Shown: positions 57,420-64,000 of the stretch, piece after piece
Layout of the letters: every line of letters starts with the position of its first letter
Numbering within the stretch: position 1 is the first letter of the stretch
Assembly: GCF_009914755.1 (NCBI RefSeq)
Contig: NC_060937.1
Length of the DNA stretch: 64,000 nucleotides
Reading direction: 5' to 3' (one strand)
From: the human T2T-CHM13v2.0 reference genome, Homo sapiens
Made by a program: the position numbers and the translations under genes
The notes under the pieces: model-generated
Told to the model about the DNA's origin: nothing
What the model saw: the letters and a program-made list of their open reading frames with translations, nothing else
Database searches by the model: none

Positions 57420-60300
57420 GAGAGAGAAGAAAAGATACTAATATCAGAAATCAAAGAGGAGACATTACTAACATAAAATGACACTAAAAGGATAACAAAA
57501 AATCTTATGAAAAACTCTATGTCCACAGGTTTGATAATCAATATAAAATAGAACAATTCTTTGAAAATATAATTTTTCAAAACTTTCACAAGAATAAAAC
57601 AATTTGCAATAGGTCTATCTCTATTAAAGCTATTTAGTCAATAGCTAATAACTTTCTGTAACAGAAAACTACATCTACATGAGTTCAGTAATGAATTGCA
57701 AACATTTAAGGAATAAATCACATTGGTTACCTACAATTTCTTCCAGAAGACAGAAGCAGAAGGAATAATTTCTAATTCATTCTATGAGGCCGGTATTATC
57801 TTAATATGAATAAAAACAGAAAAAAGACATTGCAAGGAAAGTAAACTAAGAAACAATATCCCTGCTCAAGAGCATAGATTCAAACTCCTCAACAAAAAAT
57901 TATCAAAAGCAATTTAACGATGTATAAAAATAAGTATATACTACAGCCAAATAGGATTTATACCTGGTGTGCAAGACTGGGTCAACATTTGAAAATCAAA
58001 TGATGTTATCCATCACATTAAAAGGTTAAAGAAGAAAAAAATCACATTATCATATCAATAGAATCAGAAATATCATTTGGCACATGATACCATTCATAAT
58101 AAAAACTCTCAGCAGCTAAGAATTGAGGGGAAATTTCTCTGTTTGATGGAAGACATGTACAAAACAACACACAACTAACCTCATCCTTGATGATTAGAAA
58201 CTGGATGCTTTCCCATTAAGATAAAATATAAGGCAAGAAAGTGATCTCTCATTACTTCTTTTCAACATCCTTCTGAGAAGTCCGAGCTAATGAAATAAAG
58301 CAAGAAGAATAAATGTTTATGTTTATTGGGGAAGAACACATAAAACACTTTTTGTTTGCAGATGACATGATCGTCTATGTAAAAAATGTGAAATAACTGA
58401 CAAAAATTCCTAGAATTAATAAGCAATTATAGCAAGGTGATAGAACGAGGTGAATATAAAAAGTCAATTGCTTTCCTATATATCAGCAATAAATGAGTGA
58501 AATTTGAAATTAAAAATATCATACCATTTACTATAATACTCCCCAAAATGAAATATTTAGATATAAATTTTACAAAATATGCACAAGATCTACATGGTGA
58601 AAACTACACAATCTGATTAAAGAAATCAAAGAAGAAAGAAAGAGAGAGAGGCTTCATGTTCATGGAGAGAAAGACTCAATATTGTCAAGATGCCATTTCT
58701 TCCCCAATTGATCTATAAATGCAACATTATCACAATTAAAATCCAAGCAAGTTAATTTGGGTATATCAACAAACTGATTCTAAAGCTTATATAGAGAGGC
58801 AAAAGATCCAAAATAGCCAACACAATATTGAAAGAGAAGAACAAACTTTGATGGAGGACATTACCCAACTTCAAGATTTACAACAAAGCTACAGTAGTCA
58901 CGACAGTGTTGTACTGGTGAAAGAATGGACAAACAGAACAAAATACAGAGCCCAGAAAGAGATCTACATAAACTTGGTCAGGTGATCATTGAAAAAGGAG
59001 CAAAGGTAATACAACAGGACAAACTAGTCTTTAAAACAAATGATACCAGCAGACTTGAATAGTCACATGTTAAAAAAAAAGACTCTACAAATTTTTACAC
59101 CCTTCACAAAAATTAACTCATAATGGAACATAGATCTGAATGTAAAATGTAAAACTATAAAACTCCTAAAAGATAACATAAGAGAAAACCTAGGTGACTT
59201 GGGAATGGGTGATACATTTTAGATATTACCCTAAGGCATGCTTTATGAAAGAAATAATTGATAAATAGATTTTATTAAACTTAAACTTAGACTTTTTAAA
59301 AGACAACATAAAGAAAATGAAAAGACACAAACCGCAAGAAAATATTTGCAGAAGCTAGATGTAATAAAGGACTATTATGTAAAATATGTTAAAAAAACTC
59401 TTAAAACTCCATAATAAGAACAGAAAAAACCTAATTAAAAATGAATAAAATATTTGGATAGGCACCCATCAAAAATATATACATATGGCAAGTAATCATG
59501 GGAAAATATGTCCAAAATTATGTTATTAGGAAGTTGCAAATTAAAATGAGATACCACTGCATACCTATTAGAATGGCACACTCTTATGCAATCCAGCAAT
59601 CACTCTCTTTGCTATTTCACCAAAGGAGTTGAGAAATTAGGTCCACAAAAAAATTTTCACACATGTATTTATATCAGCTTTATTCATCACCACTGATACT
59701 TGAAAGCAACTAAAATGTTCTTTAGTAGGCAAACAGATAAATAAATGGCAGTACATTGAGACAGCAGAATATTATTTATTACTAAAAGAAAATGAGCCAC
59801 AAAACCCTGAAAAGACACGAAGGTGCTTTCAGTGGAATATAACTAAGTAAAGAAGCTAATCTGAAAATTCTATATACAGTATTTTTCCAACTAGATGGTG
59901 TTCTGGAAAAAGCAAAACTATGGGCAGAGTAAAAAATAAATAAAAAATGAGTGGATGCTAACGGATGAGTGGAAGGAGGCATGAATACGTAGTGCAAAAG
60001 TATATTTAGGGGAGTGAAAATACTATGTATGATACTATCAGTGTCATTATGTGTTTCTCCAAACTCATAGAATGTACAACAACAAGAATGAATTCTAATT
60101 TAAACTATGGACTTTGGGTGGTGACAATGTGCCACTGTAGGTTCATCAATGATAACAAATGTACCACTCTGAGAGGTACTTTGATAATGAGGGAACTCTG
60201 CAGGAGTGGGGCTAGGGGATATATGGCAAATCTCTGTGCCTTCCTTTCAATTTTGCTGTGAACTTCAAACTGCTCTAAAAAATATCTTAGGAAAAAGAAA
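57420..60300 (+). mobile_element. L1MC1/2-like LINE-1 ORF2 and 3' UTR remnant
   Basis: tttgcagatgacatgat (FADDM-like RT motif) and 3' UTR aaactatggactttgggtg...aacaaatgtaccactctg. Confidence 0.85.
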
Positions 60301-62199
60301 ATGCATATAGATCTTCCAGTAGATAATTAGGCAATGATAATTTTAATGGACTTTAAAATGAAAGAATAATATGCAATACATAGCCAAATTAAAATATCAT
60401 TATTATTTGTTAAAAGAAAGTATATGACAGGGTATACGAATTTCTCAAAAAGAGGAGAGACCACTGGACATTGACCCCTCTTAGATTACAACTACCAATC
60501 TTTCTATACTATTGATCATGCTTTGTTGCAACAGGATTTGTTGTAGCTAAATAGAATATTTTATCTTAGTAAATTATTTTTAAAAATTATATTCCAATAG
60601 TAACCACACTTCATTATTCAGGATGAATGAAAAATATTGAAAAATAGTGCTTTCACAATGTAATACTTAAGATTAATACAATTAGAAACTAAATTTCACA
60701 TAGAAACTCACTATGTAGAACAACTTTCATGACATTTAAAGTGTTAAGTGACTATTCTTGCATTTATCTACTGAGATTTTTTATTCAAAGCATACCCAAA
60801 CACTGCCTTCTGAATTTAAAAAAATGAAAATAGGCCCTTCATATCTTTGCACTTACTATGCATTTAAATATAGAACTTGACAAATGTCCCAGATTTTTAC
60901 AATTTATTCATGTTTCCCAATGCTGATCAATCACAGACATTAACTGTATATTATTTTTCACTTTTAACACCACTTAAACTACCACCAATTTACCACCTTT
61001 CTATTTCTTCCAAATATCTGTCAAAATATTTGCCCTCTGAGCAAATCTCAGACACCATACCAAAGCAATGGGTAGTAATAGCCAGTAATTGGTTAGAATT
61101 TGGCACATCTCTCCACGTCTTATTTCTCGGAGACCAAACATATCATATTTTTTAGATAAATGGAAGGAAAAAAAAAAAGAAAATCTTGCCCCTTTCTTAT
61201 TTTCCTCGAAGAAGTCACGTGACAGCCTTGGTTTCCTTTGTGTATTTGTTTAAAGTATTCTTATTTCTCCCATTTCTTTCCTATCATTTGCTTTCCAACT
61301 TGCTGTGATTCTAGTTGGCTATTATATTAAATGCATTTTATTTTTCTTACAAATCTCTAGCTATTACATATGTAAGTTGAGATATATTTGAAACACAAAA
61401 TTGGTGTTTACAAATATGTCACAGAGGAGATTTCTTAACATTGTACAGTTATTTTTAATATCTTGAAATAAAGAACCAAGTATCAGTTCTGCGATAAATG
61501 GCACCATTTCAATTAAGGTGCGACTCTTAGATCAGCAATTTATAATTCAAAGCTTAGATACTAGTAAAAAAAGCTAATGTTACTTTATTAAATCTCCCTT
61601 TGACTTATTGTTTGAATCAATGAGAAATACCTGGTTTATACTTAATTTTAACTGATTTTCATACACAAAAATGTTACCATTTACCGACAATTAAAAAAAA
61701 TTCTTATGTCATTCCTGATTGAAAGAATTAAGAAGCCTTCTCAACATATTTTTTTCTAAGTTTACAAAGCCTTGTTATTTTCCTTAGAAAATCTTCTAAG
61801 AGTGGAAAAGTCAGTTAGAAAGCTCCTTTCTTGCTCTCTCAACATAAGAAGCAAATGTGTGGTGTTCTTAATGTGGAAGAAATATTTAAGCAGATTTATT
61901 TTCAAATATGCTTTATAAACTTCAGGGAAATAATGTCCCTTTGAGTTAAGAAGAAGGTATAATTGTCATAAACAGAAAGTAATAAAGGCTAACTTTTAAT
62001 AAAAATATTTGAGTATATTTTCAGTGTTTAATCTCTCAGTCTGAAATGTTCAGAGATTTGTACTAATTTTGTACAGGTGAAGGGTAAAGGTTCATTTATC
62101 TCTGTATTTTTTCACATTATGCTGATTATACTTTTACTATAATTTACACAATAGCTTTGATTATTGTACAAATACATATAGCTAATATATTTAACACAC

Positions 62200-62680
62200 T
62201 TTAAAGTTTCTTACTGGTTTCAGGATAAAATTGAAGTTTCCCATGCAAAGGGTGCATGGCCTGTGTGTACTTCTCTTACCCTTCTACTCCCTCACTTAGC
62301 AAATTATGGTTTCCCAAACATAAGATACAATCTGAGGTATCTTTTGCTTAAGGCATATTCTTCCTCTGTGCTTGCTGTACCTCATGCTAGGCAAAATCCT
62401 CTTTACCTTTCAAACACCACTCAAATGTGTCTTGGTGAAGCTTTCCCAGTGAAACGGTCCCCACTCTCCTCCACTCTCCACTTGTCTCCAGACAGAGTTA
62501 AATATTATCTTTACTGTAATATGATATACGTTTATATTACTTTGCATGACGTAGAATTGTTTATATGCCGATGTATCTTATTAGATTATAGTTATCTTGT
62601 TGACAGGGACTATTTAATATATGGCATCATATCTGCATCAGAGAAATTTGTTCCTGGCACATGATAGGCAAATAAAAACT
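62200..62680 (+). mobile_element. L2 LINE 3' remnant
   Basis: ctcaaatgt...tgaagctttccc...gacagggactat...cctggcacatgataggcaaataaa. Confidence 0.7.
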
Positions 62681-62713
62681 CTCTCCTAAGGAAAAAAATG
62701 ACTAATCGATTAA

Positions 62714-62845
62714 CTCATTTCTGCCTGAGTTTGCAATTTTTTGAATTTGAAAAATCAGACCTTGACAATGACCTTGAGCAGTAGGATAGAAATAACTCCC
62801 ACATGTTTAGAGTTCCAATAATGGAACACTGGGCATAAATGGATT
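62714..62845 (-). mobile_element. MER85 piggyBac-family MITE
   Basis: TTAA flanks (62710-62713 and 62846-62849), TIRs ctcatttctgcct/gggcataaatgga, gaccttgagcagtagga, and palindrome gttccaataatggaac. Confidence 0.92.
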
Positions 62846-63059
62846 TTAATAAGAAAAAAATTGAATGGCAGGCAAATTGATCATTTGCTCACTAGTATCA
62901 AAAGTAACTATTTTTGAATCTTAGAATCCTCTTTAGAATTGGGTTAATTTAGATAATTTTTGTCTTTTGTTTTTGTTTTAAACCTAACAGATACTTTTCT
63001 AGATATTTTATGTGCATTTTATTTTTTAATATGCACAGAGTTATTGTTGTGGTATTTTA

Positions 63060-63180
63060 ATATTTATTTTATAGATGAAGAAGCTGAGGCTTGAAAGACT
63101 GATGTAACTTGCCCAATGTCATACAGACAGATTACAAGCAACATATGAATGCTATCCTGGCTGCAAAACCAATATTCTTC
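63060..63180 (-). mobile_element. MIR SINE core
   Basis: ttttatagatgaagaagctgaggc...aacttgcccaatgtcatacag. Confidence 0.8.
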
Positions 63181-63430
63181 CGGTATTAGTTGAACATGCC
63201 CATTAGGTGCCAGGTAAGAAGCTTCAGGAGAGAAAATAAATCACCCACTAGAGACCTACTCCTTTAACTTTTAAAATTTATTTCTTATAAATTACTTTTG
63301 AGAATAGATTTTATTTTGCTCAAACTAGGCATTTACAACTTGAAAGTTAGACAGTTAAAAATGGATTATTGCAATCATGTTTTATTTGCTGTGGTTTCCC
63401 CCTAAATGAAAATATTAAAGAAAATATTCA

Positions 63431-63708
<278 letters not shown>

Positions 63709-63723
63709 AAGCATTCACTGTTT

Positions 63724-63763
63724 TATACTTGCATACAGTGTGCTATACTTGCATACAGTGTGC
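63724..63763. repeat. Perfect 20-bp tandem duplication
   Basis: tatacttgcatacagtgtgc x2. Confidence 0.95.
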
Positions 63764-64000
63764 TCTAACTGCAACTTTACATTGTACCTTAAAGCTTTTC
63801 AAGTTAAATATATCCACTTTGACCTCTATTTAAACCTTCTTTGAAACCAACATTTTATTGGTTTTAACTATATTGATTTTTCAATTGAAGATAACATTCC
63901 ATTCACATGAAAGTTCATTTGTTACAGCTTTCCATTTATAAGATCCTGCATCTTGATTTAATGTTATTTTCTTGCAGAAACTAAAGTTTGTAGGTCAATC

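Overview
This is primate (very likely human or ape) nuclear DNA: strongly AT-rich, repeat-dense, and intergenic or deep-intronic. No protein-coding gene, tRNA, rRNA or CRISPR array is supported. Every ORF in the track is explained by Alu, L1 or LTR remnants or by chance. About 0.9-24 kb is a nested stack of minus-strand LINE-1s of different ages carrying MaLR/ERV LTRs and Alus. About 25.5-41 kb is mostly unique AT-rich DNA with scattered old repeats. About 41-64 kb holds plus-strand L1s, L2, a MER85 and Alus. The structures that ordinary repeat annotation does not explain cluster at 44-57 kb. They are a ~1 kb-arm, ~96% identical inverted duplication (47696-50384) with a strong 3' splice-site-like AG|GT motif in its spacer, a 374-bp tail-less local copy of an L1 segment placed 11.3 kb downstream of its donor, and an unassigned 52-bp-stem hairpin. 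I do not see evidence for a new gene system. Repeat subfamily names come from recalled consensus sequences and identities were counted by eye, so both need RepeatMasker or alignment confirmation.
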